From: Eledone cirrhosa
Lineage: Eukaryota
DNA length: 64,000 nucleotides
Direction: 5' to 3'
Assembly: GCA_964016885.1 (NCBI GenBank)
Contig: OZ024756.1
Coordinates: 20,522,001-20,586,000, forward strand
The translations under genes were made by a program, and so were the position numbers. The notes beneath the pieces are model-generated. The model did not search any database. It had not been told where the DNA came from and worked only from the letters and a program-made list of their open reading frames with translations. How positions within the stretch are numbered: position 1 is the stretch's first letter; each line of letters starts with the position of its first letter. Below are positions 12,857 through 26,629 of the stretch, piece by piece.

Positions 12857-13128
12857 GTGGAAATAGTGAAAAACTCAGTGACCATATCTCTTATTGGTGC
12901 CTAACACCAGACAAGCTGATAACTACAATTGGCTCAACTCCAAACCAATATATATTTTTTACGCCTGGATGCTTCATCTAAATATTCCATGCTGCCAAAA
13001 TGTCTCAAAGGGTGTAGGATGACGTGAGGGTGGAGGTGAAAAAAGGCAACAAATAATACAATCTAAATAAAACCTCTTGGACATATATACTAGCAAGTTT
13101 AATAATATTCTATTGTGAGGGGTAGCTA

Positions 13129-14262
<1,134 letters not shown>

Positions 14263-14699
14263 TTTAACATTAATTTTCCATGGTAACATGGGTTAGATGA
14301 GCTGTCTTGTGAGCTAACCAGGTCAGATGACCACGTCTTGCTCATATGGATCTGTATTTTGGGTTGGTCTCTACAGCTGGATGCCCTTCCAATATATATA
14401 TATATCATCATCATCATCATCATCACCGTTTTACGTCCGTTCTTCCACGCTAGCATGGGTTAGACGGGTTGTCCTGTTGTGGGCAGTGTCTGGTCGGCTG
14501 ACCATGCCTTGCTCATACAGGAACTGATCTGGCTTGATTTCTACAGCTGGATGCCCTTCCTAACACCAACCTCATTTACAGTGAGTGCTGGGTGCTTTTT
14601 CGTGGCGCCTACACGTCCACTTTACAGTGTGGGCTGGGTGCTTTTTTGCCGTGGCACCTCCACGACCACCTTGCGGTGGGGGGGGGGGGGGGGGCATAT

Positions 14700-15003
14700 T
14701 GTTTATATGCTTCAGCATGTACCCATGGGAGGTCGGGTACCCTGTATTACTGCGTGACGCCAGAAGTCACGGTCGTGTGTCATTGACTTTGAGAGGTGTA
14801 GTTGGGTAAGGTCGGCTTTTATCACCTCATCCCAAGTCATCTTGGGTCTCCCCACTCCGCGGTTTCCATCAACTTCTAGTGCTCTGCACCTTTTTATGCA
14901 GCTGTCATCCTTCATACGCATCACATGTCCATACCAGCGTAACCGCCTCTCCTGCACGCAGCATTTGATTCCTCTTATGCTCAGTCTCTCTCTCAATTCA
15001 TTT

Positions 15004-15005
<2 letters not shown>
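14700..15005 (-). mobile_element. RTE LINE 3' fragment
   Basis: RRLRWYGHVMRM...VDGNRGVGRPKMTW...DRDFWR (ORF 14712-14996). Confidence 0.9.
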
Positions 15006-15039
<34 letters not shown>

Positions 15040-15740
15040 TAGGAAGGTATCCAACCATAGAAACCAAACTGAAATCAGTAGTTCTGTATGAACAAGATGT
15101 GGTCATCCGACCTGGCTTGTCTCACAGCAGGACAACTTGTCTAACCCATGCTAGTGTATAAAAATGGACGTTGAACAGTGATGATGATCATCATCATCAT
15201 CGTTTAACATCTATCTTCCATGCTAGCATGGGTTAGACGGGAATTGTCCCACTTGAGGCAAGATTGATCAGGTGACCGTGTCTCGCTCGTATAGGACTAT
15301 CTGGCAGGTTTTCTACAGTTGGATCCCCTTCCTAACACCAACCACATTTACAGTGTGGACAGGGAACTTTTTACCGTGTTACCTACACGGCTACATTACA
15401 GCGTGGACTGTGTGTTTTTTTTGTTGTGACACCTACACAACCTCTTTAGTTTGGACTGGATGTTGTGGTACTGACTGGAAAGTAGAACAGATCACCAGAT
15501 GACTTGAGATCTGATCAATGACTGCCTGAATCAATGGACACATAATTAATACTAATATAACAAAAGAATATATCCTGTATCAGTAATCTGGATCAAGTAC
15601 TTGTCAGTAGGGGAATTGTATAACCAGGTGAGACATGATAAAAGAAGGAAACACCTTAACGAAACAAGAACAATGAACAAGATGGGAGTCATTTGTTGAA
15701 GATTTGGTTGCTATTTCTAGCAGGTCAAGTGACAGCTTAA

Positions 15741-15962
15741 CCCTTTATCATTTAAACAGGCCATATCCGACCAGAATTCTCTCACCTCTTTCTGTTCAGA
15801 CCAGCTGTAACCAGCCACTCATACTGATGTTAAGGTATTGTTTTCAAAATAAATATCATCATCAAAATCTCAGATTCGATATCATCTGAGATAATTATGT
15901 GGAGTAAAACCTTTACCATTAAAATATAATAGTATATATAGAGTAATGTAAAGGCTAAAGGG
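15741..15962. mobile_element. piggyBac-like MITE
   Basis: TTAA|ccctttatcattta ... ggctaaaggg|TTAA. Confidence 0.85.
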
Positions 15963-16259
15963 TTAAAAAGAAGGACTGACTGGCTTAAAAGAGATTTAAG
16001 ACAAGTTAATATTTCCTGATTTTATAGGACCCAACATAAATATTAAGAATGTTGGCCTCTGTGGGATTTGAACTCGGAACAAAGAGCCAGCACAAATATT
16101 GAATGGCATTTTATCCAACACTCTACCAATTCTACCACCCCCTAAGTCACTTTATCCGACACTCTACTAATTCTACCCCCACCCCTAATATTGATAATAA
16201 ATCCTTGTTTCTCTCCTGTTTCTTCTTCAAGTCACTTTTATTTCATTCATCGTCTTCTC

Positions 16260-16616
16260 ATTTCTCAATATCTCTCTCTCCGCCCCTCTCTACCATCTCA
16301 CTCTCTCTCATCTCTCTCGCCCCCTCTCTACCATGTATATATATATATATATGTATCTCTCTCTCTCTCCCCCTCTCTACCATCACTTTCTCTCACCCTC
16401 TCTACCACATATCTCTTTCTCACACTGCTCTTCTCTTCTTACACTTCCTAGTAGCACCTTTCTCTTCTATCTTTCCTTATCTTTCTCTCTATACATATAT
16501 ACACACATACACACACATACATACACACACACACACTATCTTAACACCTTTTTCTCTATAACACCCTTTTTTGCACCTTCCATTTCACTCAATATTTCTA
16601 GCAACCAATATCTGAG

Positions 16617-16650
<34 letters not shown>

Positions 16651-17594
16651 CAATTACATACATACATATATATACATATATTTATATATATATATATATA
16701 TATGACTGATAATGATTATCAGTGACTATTTACCTGTCTGTCTGTTTGTCTCTCTGTCTGTCTGTCTGTCTGTCCGTTCATTCATACAGACATTTCATTG
16801 ACTGCCTAAATCTCCCCCTTCCTCTTCCTTTCACACCTCCCACTACACTATCATTTCATCAATTATTCTCTCCTCCTCTCTCAATCACCTTCTCTCCTCC
16901 TCCTCCACCTCTCAATCCCAATCATTCTCTCTCCTCCTCCTCTCAATTCCAATCCCCCTCTCTCCTCTCCTCTTCACCCTTTCTCTTTCTCTGTATGTCC
17001 ATCTATTTCTATCTATCTATCTATCTCATACCATTTGCTACCCTCTCTCAAACCACTGTTACCTCCCCTTCCCACTCTCTATCTCTCTCTCACACACTAC
17101 CCTTCCTCTAACCACTCTCTCCTCTCTTAAACTGCCTCTACTCCCTCTTCTTGTTCTCTATTCCCTTCTAAAAGATGTCAGCCATTGTGTGTGTGTGTGT
17201 GTGAGAGTGTGTGTAGGTGTGTGAGTGTAGATGTGTGTAGGTGTAGGTGTGTGTGTGAGAGTGTGTAGGTGTGTGTGCGTGTGAGTAGGTGTAGGTGTGT
17301 GTGAGTAGGTGTGTGTAGGTGTAGGTGTGTGAGTGTGTGAGAGAGAGAGAGTGTGTGTGTGTAGGTGTGGGTGTGTGGGTGTGTAGGTGTGTGTGTGTGA
17401 GGGTATGTGTGTGAAGGTGTGTATGTATGTGTGTATGTGATTGTGTGTGAAGGTGCATATGTGTGTTTTTGTATGTGTACCTGTAAAGGTGTGAGTGTGG
17501 GGTGAAGGTGTGTCAAGGTCTGCATGAAAGTATGTATGTAGGTGTGTAGGCGTGAGTGTGTGTGGAAAGTGTGTGTGTATATATAGGTATATAT

Positions 17595-17625
<31 letters not shown>

Positions 17626-17961
17626 GGTGTGTGTGTATATATATATGTGTGTGTGTGTGTATATATATATGTGTGTGTGTGTATATATATGTGTGTGTGT
17701 GTATATATATATGTGTGTGTGTGTGTATATATATATATGTGTGTGTTTATATATATATATATATGTGTGTGTGTATATATATATGTGTGTGTGTGTGTGT
17801 ATATATATATGTGTGTGTGTGTATATATATATATGTGTGTGTGTGTGTATATATATATATATGTATATGTGTGTGTATATATATATGTGTGTGTGTGTGT
17901 ATATATATATGTGTGTGTGTATATATATATGTGTGTGTGTGTATATATATATGTGTGTGTG

Positions 17962-18036
<75 letters not shown>

Positions 18037-18080
18037 GTGTGTGTATATATATAGGTGTGTGTGTGTGTGTGTGTGTGTGT
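16260..18080. repeat. (CT)n, (GT)n and (GT)n(AT)n compound microsatellites
   Basis: Low complexity. Confidence 0.9.
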
Positions 18081-18189
18081 AGTAAGAGACAGGGAGCCTG
18101 TATGTAAATATCAGGTAGACAAGACTTAACACAGCACAATGTTGTTGAAAGCTAATCAATACATCTGCAACAGTTATCAATGAGAAAAC

Positions 18190-18356
18190 ACCACCACCAC
18201 CACCACCACCACTACTACTACAATCACAGGTGCTGCTGCTGCTACTACTAATACTACAGGAGCGACTGCTGCTGCTGCTACTACTACTACTACTACAATC
18301 AAGAAGTGCTACTACTACTACTACTACTGCAATCACAGGTGCTACTGCTGCTGTTG

Positions 18357-18387
<31 letters not shown>

Positions 18388-19615
18388 AATCACAGATGCC
18401 ACTACTACTACTACTACTACTACAATCACTGGTGCTACTACTACTACTACTACAGGTGCTACTACTACTACTACTACTACAATCACAGATGCTACTACTA
18501 CTACTACTACCACAGATGCTACTACTACTACTACTACTACAATCACAGATGCTACTACTACTACTACTACAATCACAGATGCTACTACTACTACTACTAC
18601 TACTACAATCATAGATGCTACTACTACTACTACTACTGTTGCTACCACTCCCACCACCACTACTGCTACCACTGATACTGCTACAACTATTACTACTATT
18701 ATCACCACTACCATGAGTGGTATTACAACCACTACCATACTACTACTACCACCACCGCTGCAGCCTATGTACAAACTTTACTACCACCACTACCATACTA
18801 CTACCACCACCACTACTACTACTACAACCACTACCACCACCGCTGCAGCCTATGTACAAACTTTACTACCACCACTACCATACTACTACCACCACCACTA
18901 CTACTACTACAACCACTACCGCTGCAGCCTATGTACAAACTTTACTACCACCACTACCATACTACTACCACCACCACCACTATTACTACTACAACCACTA
19001 CCACCACCGCTGCAGCCTATGTACAAACTTTACTACCACCACTACCATACTACTACCACCACCACTACTACTACTACAACCACTACCACCACCGCTGCAG
19101 CCTATGTACAAACTTTACTACCACCACTACCATACTACCACCACCACCACTACTACTACAACCACTACCACCACCGCTGCAGCCTATGTACAAACTTTAC
19201 TACCACCACTACCATACTACTACCACCACCACCACTACTACTACAACCACTACCACCACCGGTGCAGCCTATGTACAAACTTTACTACCACCACTACCAT
19301 ACTACTACCACCACCACTACTACTACTACAACCACTACCACCACCGCTGCAGCCTATGTACAAACTTTACTACCACCACTACCATACTACTACCACCACC
19401 ACTACTACTACTACAACCACTACCACCACCGCTGCAGCCTATGTACAAACTTTACTACCACCACTACCATACTACCACCACCACCACTACTACTACAACC
19501 ACTACCGCTGCAGCCTATGTACAAACTTTACTACCACCACTACCATACTACTACCACCACCACTACTACTACTACAACCACTACCACCACCGCTGCAGCC
19601 TATGTACAAACTTTA
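18190..19615. repeat. (ACT)n-based repeats and a 79-88 bp minisatellite (~11 copies) anchored on gctgcagcctatgtacaaacttta
   Basis: Anchor at 18757, 18842, 18921, 19009 and onward. Confidence 0.9.
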
Positions 19616-19809
19616 TTAGCATATTGTAATTGATCTGATATCAATCAGTTCAAGGTAGAATCAAAGTGAGAGGGTGCGACTCTTTTTCGATATCTCATCA
19701 GCTCTGCAAGTTTATATAAGCAAAGACACGTGTAACCTTGTAACAGCATTGAGTGCTTCAAACAGCGTGCCACTGGTAACTAGTTACACACCTAACTAAC
19801 GTATACAGG

Positions 19810-21240
19810 GTGATGAAGATGGTGGTGGTGATGGTGATAATGATGATAGTGGTGACAATGGTGACGATGGTGGTGGTGATGGTGGTGCTGGTGATGGTGA
19901 TGGTGGTGCTGGTGACAATGGTGATGATGGTGATGGTGATGGTGACGGTGGTGATGGTGATGGTGATGCTGGTGACAATGGTGATGATGGTGGTGGTGAT
20001 GAAGATGATGGTGATGAAGGTGATGGTGGTGAAGGTGATGGTGATGACAATGATGGTGATGAAGGTGATGGTGGTGGAGGTGATGGTGATGACAATGATG
20101 GTGGTGAAGGTGATGGTGGTGGAGGTGATGGTGGTGACAATGATGGTGGTGAAGGTGATGGTGGTGAAGGTGATGAAGGTGATGGTGGTGACAATGATGG
20201 TGGTGAAGGTGATGGTGGTGAAGGTGATGGTGATGGCAATGATGGTGGTGAAGGTGATGGTGGTGGAGGTGATGGTGATGACAATGATGGTGGTGAAGGT
20301 GATGGTGGTGAAGGTGATGAAGGTGATGGTGGTGACAATGATGGTGGTGAAGGTGATGGTGGTGAAGGTGATGGTGATGGCAATGATGGTGGTGAAGGTG
20401 ATGGTGGTGGAGGTGATGGTGATGACAATGATGGTGGTGAAGGTGATGAAGGTGATGGTGGTGACAATGATGGTGGTGAAGGTAATGGTGGTGACAATGA
20501 TGGTGGTGAAGGTGATGGTGGTGACAATGATGGTGATGAAGGTGATGGTGGTGACAATGATGGTGGTGAAGGTGATGGTGGTGAAGGTGATGGTGATGAC
20601 AATGATGGTGGTGAAGGTGATGGTGATGGCAATGATGGTGGTGAAGGTGATGGTGGTGAAGGTGATGGTGATGGCAATGATGGTGGTGAAGGTGATGGTG
20701 GTGAAGGTGATGGTGATGACAATGATGGTGGTGAAGGTGATGGTGGTGAAGGTGATGGTGGTGGAGGTGATGGTGATGACAATGATGGTGGTGAAGGTGA
20801 TGGTGGTGACAATGATGGTGGTGAAGGTGATGGTGGTGACAATGATGGTGGTGACAATGATGGTGATAATCACTGTCTGGAAGCTAATGGATCATTAATC
20901 AAATATAAAATGCTATCAGAGATTTCAAATAAGAAAAACTATCTTTTTCCTGTGTTAACAGCAAAGTGGACAGAGTAAGAGATGTGGCATGTCTCCTCTG
21001 TAGTAATGTGTGTGTGTGGTGTGTGTGGTGTGTGTGGTGTGTGGTGTGTGGTGTGTGTGGTGTGTGGTGTGGTGTGGTGTGTGGTGTGTGGTGTGTGTGT
21101 GGGGTGTGTGGTGTGTGTGTGGTGTGTGTGGTGTGTGTGTGTGTGTGTGTGGTGTGTGTGGTGTGTGTGTGTGTGTGTGGTGTGTGTGTGTATGTGGTGT
21201 GGTGTGTGTGTGTGTGTGGTGTGTGTGTGGTGTGGTGTGT

Positions 21241-21310
<70 letters not shown>

Positions 21311-21320
21311 CGTGCGTATA
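19810..21320. repeat. (GGT/GAT)n with 15-24 bp units followed by (GT)n-type tract
   Basis: Low complexity; short unique island at 20870-21005. Confidence 0.9.
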
Positions 21321-21361
21321 TATATATATATATATATACATACATACACACACAAACACAG

Positions 21362-21401
<40 letters not shown>

Positions 21402-21403
<2 letters not shown>

Positions 21404-21455
21404 TGAGATTCTACAGGAGTAGAACTGTTTCATTCTTTAGAAATCATCAGGAATC
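21402..21455 (-). ncRNA. Inverted copy of the hammerhead ribozyme motif at 21459-21515 (5-bp stem I)
   Basis: Reverse complement gattc CTGATGA tttctaaagaat GAAA cagttctactcctg TA gaatc. Confidence 0.6.
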
Positions 21456-21458
21456 ATC

Positions 21459-21515
21459 ATGAGATTCCTGATGATTTCTAAAGAATGAAACAGTTCTAGT
21501 CCTGTAGAATCTCAT
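21459..21515 (+). ncRNA. Type I hammerhead ribozyme motif (PLE/retrozyme-type)
   Basis: Stem I atgagattc/gaatctcat; CTGATGA 21468-21474; stem II ttc-taaa-gaa with U.U first pair; GAAA 21487-21490; stem III acag/ctgt; GUA triplet 21504-21506. Confidence 0.75.
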
Positions 21516-21594
21516 CTATATTAAAACTTTTATACTCTGCTATGTATTGAGTACCTTACTTACTGTGGTTACCTCCGATTCAACCCGGAATAAC

Positions 21595-21632
<38 letters not shown>

Positions 21633-21946
21633 GTGTGTTTGTATATATATAAGTAGAAGGGATATTAAATTTATTGGTAATTCAACAAATATAAATGTTT
21701 ATAACTGATTCAGAGCACTCGACAAGTTTTCTGGAGTAAATATTCAATGATATTAAATAAATGAAACTATATTTATAAAACCATATTTATTCTATTATAT
21801 ATATTTTAAGGGTACCAAAAACTTTGGTACGCTTTCATCAGATAAAATATTTTTTTTTAATAAATTTTGACATAGCCAAGGAACATACCTTAACGGTTGA
21901 AATTTTCTTTGGATAAGGAAATATATATATATATAAACACACACAA

Positions 21947-22017
<71 letters not shown>

Positions 22018-22180
22018 AAGAGCGAGAGAGAAAGAGCGAGAGAGAAAGAAAAAGAAAGAGAAAGAAAGAAAGAATGAAAGAGAACGCAAACATGCTTATA
22101 TGTGTGTGTGCATGAGCACGTACTGGTGTGTTTATCGTGTAGATCACCAAATTGTGTGTGTGTGTATATATATATATATA

Positions 22181-22678
22181 AGAATTAAAATACTAGAGTG
22201 CGTTGGAGTAAAACACACTCGTCATATTATAGAAATGACAGTATCGGATATAGCTCAATGTAATACAACAGAGCCGAAAAATTATAAAATTATAAAAATA
22301 GACAAAGAAGCCTTCAATACATCAAAAATCTTTATTAGCCCTCAATGTTTCATCCCATTAATAAGGACTCATCAGAGAAATTAAACAGATAAGAAGCAAT
22401 AACGGCCAGAACAAGCCAAAACTCAGAAGAATATGGAATTCATATCTAGGAAAGCTTATGAGAGATATGAAGGAAAAGCATGCTAAAGCTTTTCCTTCAT
22501 ATCCCTCATAAGCTTTCCTAGATATGAATTCCATATTCTTCTGAGTTTTGGCTTGTTCTGGCCGTTATTGCTTCTTATCTGTTTAATTTCCCTGATGAGT
22601 CCTTATTAATGCGACAAAACATTGTAGGCTAATAAAGATTTTTGATGTATTGAAGGCTTCTTTGTCTATTTTTATAAT
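22181..22678. mobile_element. Fold-back PLE-terminal-repeat-like element, ~190-bp inverted arms, each with a decayed HHR core
   Basis: Arms 22289-22479 / 22488-22678; CTGATGAgtcc...gacAAAAcattgta..aataaa at 22592-22636; (TA)n on both sides. Confidence 0.7.
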
Positions 22679-22694
22679 ATATATATATATATAC

Positions 22695-22741
<47 letters not shown>

Positions 22742-22947
22742 CCATCATCATTTTAGTGTCTGCTTTACCTTCTAGCAAGGGTTGGATGGATCTACATAGA
22801 CCAAGTCAGTACTGAAGTTAGGCTACTTACCTCCCAGACAAGCTAGGGATCTGCATCGTGCTTACATACGTTTGGATGCCCTTCCTATCCCCAACTATTT
22901 TACAGCATGTATTGGGTGAGATTATCGTGCAGATCACCATATATATA

Positions 22948-23232
22948 TCATCATCATCATTTCATTTTACGTCCGCTTTTCCCTGCTTGCAAGGGTGGGA
23001 CGGGAACTGATTGTGGCGTGATTTCTACAGCTGGATGCCCTTCCTAACACCAACCTCATTTACAGTGAGTGCCGGGTGCTTTTTTGCCGTGGCACCCCCA
23101 CGACCACAGCTGAGTAAACTGGAGCAATGTGAAATAAAGTGTCTTGCTCAAGGACACAACACATCACCCGGTCTGAGAATTGAACTCACAACCTTTCGAT
23201 TGCAAGACAAATGCTCTAACCACTAAGCCATA
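22948..23232 (-). mobile_element. Composite tRNA-headed SINE with RTE tail
   Basis: Near-identical to 13129-13462 apart from an internal deletion. Confidence 0.8.
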
Positions 23233-23590
23233 TATATACATATATAAATGACTTCTACATGACTAGAACTATTTCATTGATGATTTAATATGAATGAAAG
23301 TTTTAGCCCTGTAGCAGTAATTACTATATAAAATAAATATGCTTATACTCTACTAACGTATTGAGGTATTCTGTTAGGAATGAAAAGTAACCAATAAAGT
23401 CAGATATTCAATACAGCAAATAGATTATGTGCATTAATTTATTTAAAGGTAACTCTTACAAGACTAATTCTGTTTCCTTCGTTAATAATTCTTTAGAAAG
23501 AGTCTGACAAATTCTTAAAAAAGGAAACAGGACTATTACTGTAAAAATCTCTTTTTAATAAATTAACATTTATCACTTGATATATCTTAA

Positions 23591-23979
23591 CCTTTTAACA
23601 TTTACATTACTCCTGTGGGAGCCCCTGCACGGACACACTAGAAGAGGGAAACCGAGGTTGACATGTGTTGATGCCCTAAGTACAGACACCGGTCCCTTGG
23701 AGACGTAGGACATGGCAGCAATGATGCGGGACAGAGACCTCTGGAGAGAATTCATACATGGATCTGGGGAATTTTACCCGCCTTAGATACTATTGTATTT
23801 TCGTGTGGTAAAGGCTTTATCTCACATAATTATCTAACATAATATCAAATCTACGAGATTTTGATATTTATTTTGATAACAATACCTTAACATCAGTATG
23901 AGACGCCGGTTACAGCCAGTTTGAACAGAAAGAGGTGAGAGAATTCTGGCCAGATATGGCCGGTTTAAATGCTAAAGGG
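23591..23979. mobile_element. piggyBac-like MITE interrupted by a LINE 3' fragment (about 23613-23786)
   Basis: TTAA flanks and TIRs; insert translates LWEPLHGHTRRGKPRLTCVDAL...MMRDRDLWRE (RTE-group C-terminus). Confidence 0.8.
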
Positions 23980-24014
23980 TTAAAACAACAATTAGAGGTA
24001 ATTCTAGCCAATAT

Positions 24015-25012
24015 GTAGTGAAGATGGCCTAGTGGTTAGGGTGTTGGGTTCATGATCATAAATGTTGTGTATTCAATTCCCTCACTGAGCAGTACATTGT
24101 ATTCTTAGACAAGACACTTCATTTCACATTTCTCCAGTCTATTTTACTAAGACTGAATACCAGCAGTGGAAACTTTAGTGTTAATCCTGTGATAGACTGG
24201 CTAAACTAGGACAAGTAGTGGCCTGATGTGTCTCCTGTGTAGCCCCAAATTGGCCCTGAACAAGCATATCTATCATACTCTCAGTCAATGCCCATGAAAC
24301 AATGATAAGTAGTGGCCTGATGTGTCTCCTGTGTCGCCCCAAATTGGCCTTGAACAAGCATATCTATCATACTCTCAGTCAATGCCCATGAAACAAGGAC
24401 AAGTAGTGGCCTGATGTGTCGCCTGTGTCGCCCCAAATTGGCCCTGATCAAGCATATCTATCATACTCTCAGTCAATGCCCATGAAACAATGATAAGTAG
24501 TGGCCTGATGTGTCTCCTGTGTCGCCCCAAATTGGCCCCGAACAAGCATATCTATCATACTCTCAGTCATTGCCCATGAAACAAGGACAAGTAGTGGCCT
24601 GATGTGTCGCCTGTGTCACCCCAAATTGGCCCTGAACAAGCATATCTATCATACTCTCAGTCAATGCCCATGAAACAATGATAAGTAGTAGCCTGATGTG
24701 TCTCCTGTGTCGCCCCAAATTGGCCCTGAACAAGCATATCTATCATACTCTCAGTCAATGCCCATGAAACAATGATAAGTAGTGGCCTGATGTGTCTCCT
24801 GTGTCGCCCCAAACAAGCATATCTATCATACTCCCAGTCAATGTCCATGAAACTAATATAAGTAGTGGTCTGATGTCTCTCCTGTGTAGTCCGGCCCTGA
24901 ACAAGCATATCTATCATATTCTCAGTCAATGCCAATGAAACTAGGATAAGTAGTGGCCTGAAGTCTCTCCTGTGTAGCTTCAAATTGGCCCTGATCAAGT
25001 ATATCTATCACC
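24015..25012 (+). repeat. tRNA-headed SINE followed by ~9 tandem 94-bp copies of a unit containing its 3' region
   Basis: aagtagt(g/a)gcc at 24213, 24307, 24401, 24495, 24589, 24683, 24777; part of the unit resembles single-copy SINE tail 27435-27515. Confidence 0.8.
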
Positions 25013-25207
25013 TGCAAGCCCTGAACATCCTGTCCATATTTCTTGAGGAATAGTCTACCATAAAACACATTATTACTTAATGGTTAATGTTTTGAAAATG
25101 GTATGAAGTGGTTTGAAGGAGTTTCAGCTGCTATTTCTAGCAGTTAGGGTAACTTACAGATTCTCTCTCTCTATCCTCCTTAACTAATATGTATGTATGT
25201 GTGCACG

Positions 25208-25313
25208 TGGAGGGAGAGAGAGAGAGAGAAAGAGAAAATAGAGAGAGGAGAGAGAGAGAGAAGAGAAGAGAGAGAGAAAAAAGAGAGAGAGAGAAAAAGA
25301 GAAAGAAAAAGAG

Positions 25314-25363
<50 letters not shown>

Positions 25364-25951
25364 AGAGAGAGAGAAAAGAGAGAGAGAAAATGAGAGAGAA
25401 GAGAGAGAGAAAAAAAGAGAGGAGAGAGGGAATAGAGGACAGAGAGGAGAGAGGGAATAGAGAAGAGAGAGAGAGGGAATAGAGAAGAGAGAGAGAAAAA
25501 AAGAGAAAGAAGAGAGAGAGATAGAAAGAAAGAGATAGAGATAGGAGAGATAGATAAAAAGAGAGAGTGGAGAGAGAGAGAGAGAGAGAGAGAAAGAGGA
25601 GAGATAGAGATACAGGAGAGATATAGAAAAAGAGAGAGAGGGGAAAGAGAAGAGAGAGAGATAGAAAGAGATAGAAAGAGAGATAGAAAGAGAAGAGAGA
25701 GATAGAAAGAGAAAGAGAGAGAGAGACTTAGAAAAAGAGAGAGGGGAAAGAGAGAAAGGAAAGTGAGCGGTAGTAAAGAGAGAGAGAGAGGGGGGGGGGA
25801 GAGAGAGAAGAGATAGAAAGAGATAGAAAGAGAGAGAGAGGAGAGAGAGAGAAAGGAAAGTGAGTGGCAGTAGAGAGAGAGAGAGAGAGAGAAAGGAGAG
25901 TGAGAGAGAAAGGAGAGTGAGAGAGAAAGGAGAATGAGAGGTAGTAAAGAG

Positions 25952-25985
<34 letters not shown>

Positions 25986-26465
25986 GTTAAAAGAAAAGCA
26001 ATATTTTCACATCGGAAACAGTTTTGCTTTTGGTATCAGTGTATGGAGAGAGAAAAAGGTGAAGTTGTTGGAATCCATGTTAGATATCAAATTATTGCAA
26101 TCAATATGTTCTATTAATGTCCTCCTCCTCTGTATGGTGGGTTCTTGTAATGGCAGCTTATAGGTCACAACAACTACAACAACAACAGCAACTATAACAA
26201 CAACAACAAAAATAGCTACAACAACAGTAGTAACCACAACTATAACAACAACAAGAGCATCATCTATCACAACAGCAACGACAACAGCAACAACAACAAC
26301 CACTACAACAGCACAGCAACCACCACCACAACAACAATAACAACCATAACAACAACAACAACAACTACCATAACAACCACCACCATAATGACAACAACAG
26401 CAACCACCACAACAACAACTATAACAACAGCCAGCACCACTATAACCACAACAACCATAACAATA
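25208..26465. repeat. (GA)n and (ACA)n microsatellite regions
   Basis: Low complexity; short unique island at 25982-26165. Confidence 0.9.
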
Positions 26466-26629
26466 CTATATCAAAACAGTAAGAAGGATTTATAACAAAT
26501 CTTTAAACTCTTTGTTGCAAATATAAGGAAAAAAAAAGAAAAAAATAACCATTGCTTTCCTTCCGACTAGACAAAAGAACTATTTCTGAAGCGAAGGAAT
26601 ACATGGAATTATACGAGTCAAATCCAGTA

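Noticed and set aside
19612-19710. Minus-strand CTGATGAgatatcGAAA as an HHR, or terminal exon ELMRYRKRVAPSHFDSTLN* with AATAAA
   Set aside because: Stems I and III cannot be formed; the exon is too short to support and its acceptor is unremarkable
20942-20980. 13-nt plus-strand microexon (ag|CAAAGTGGACAGA|gtaaga), similar case at 40941-40953
   Set aside because: Such matches are expected by chance, are frame-shifting, and have no supporting exons
21832-21845. Minus-strand CTGATGAAAG (also 57430-57442) as HHR cores
   Set aside because: No stem II between the core motifs and no stems I or III
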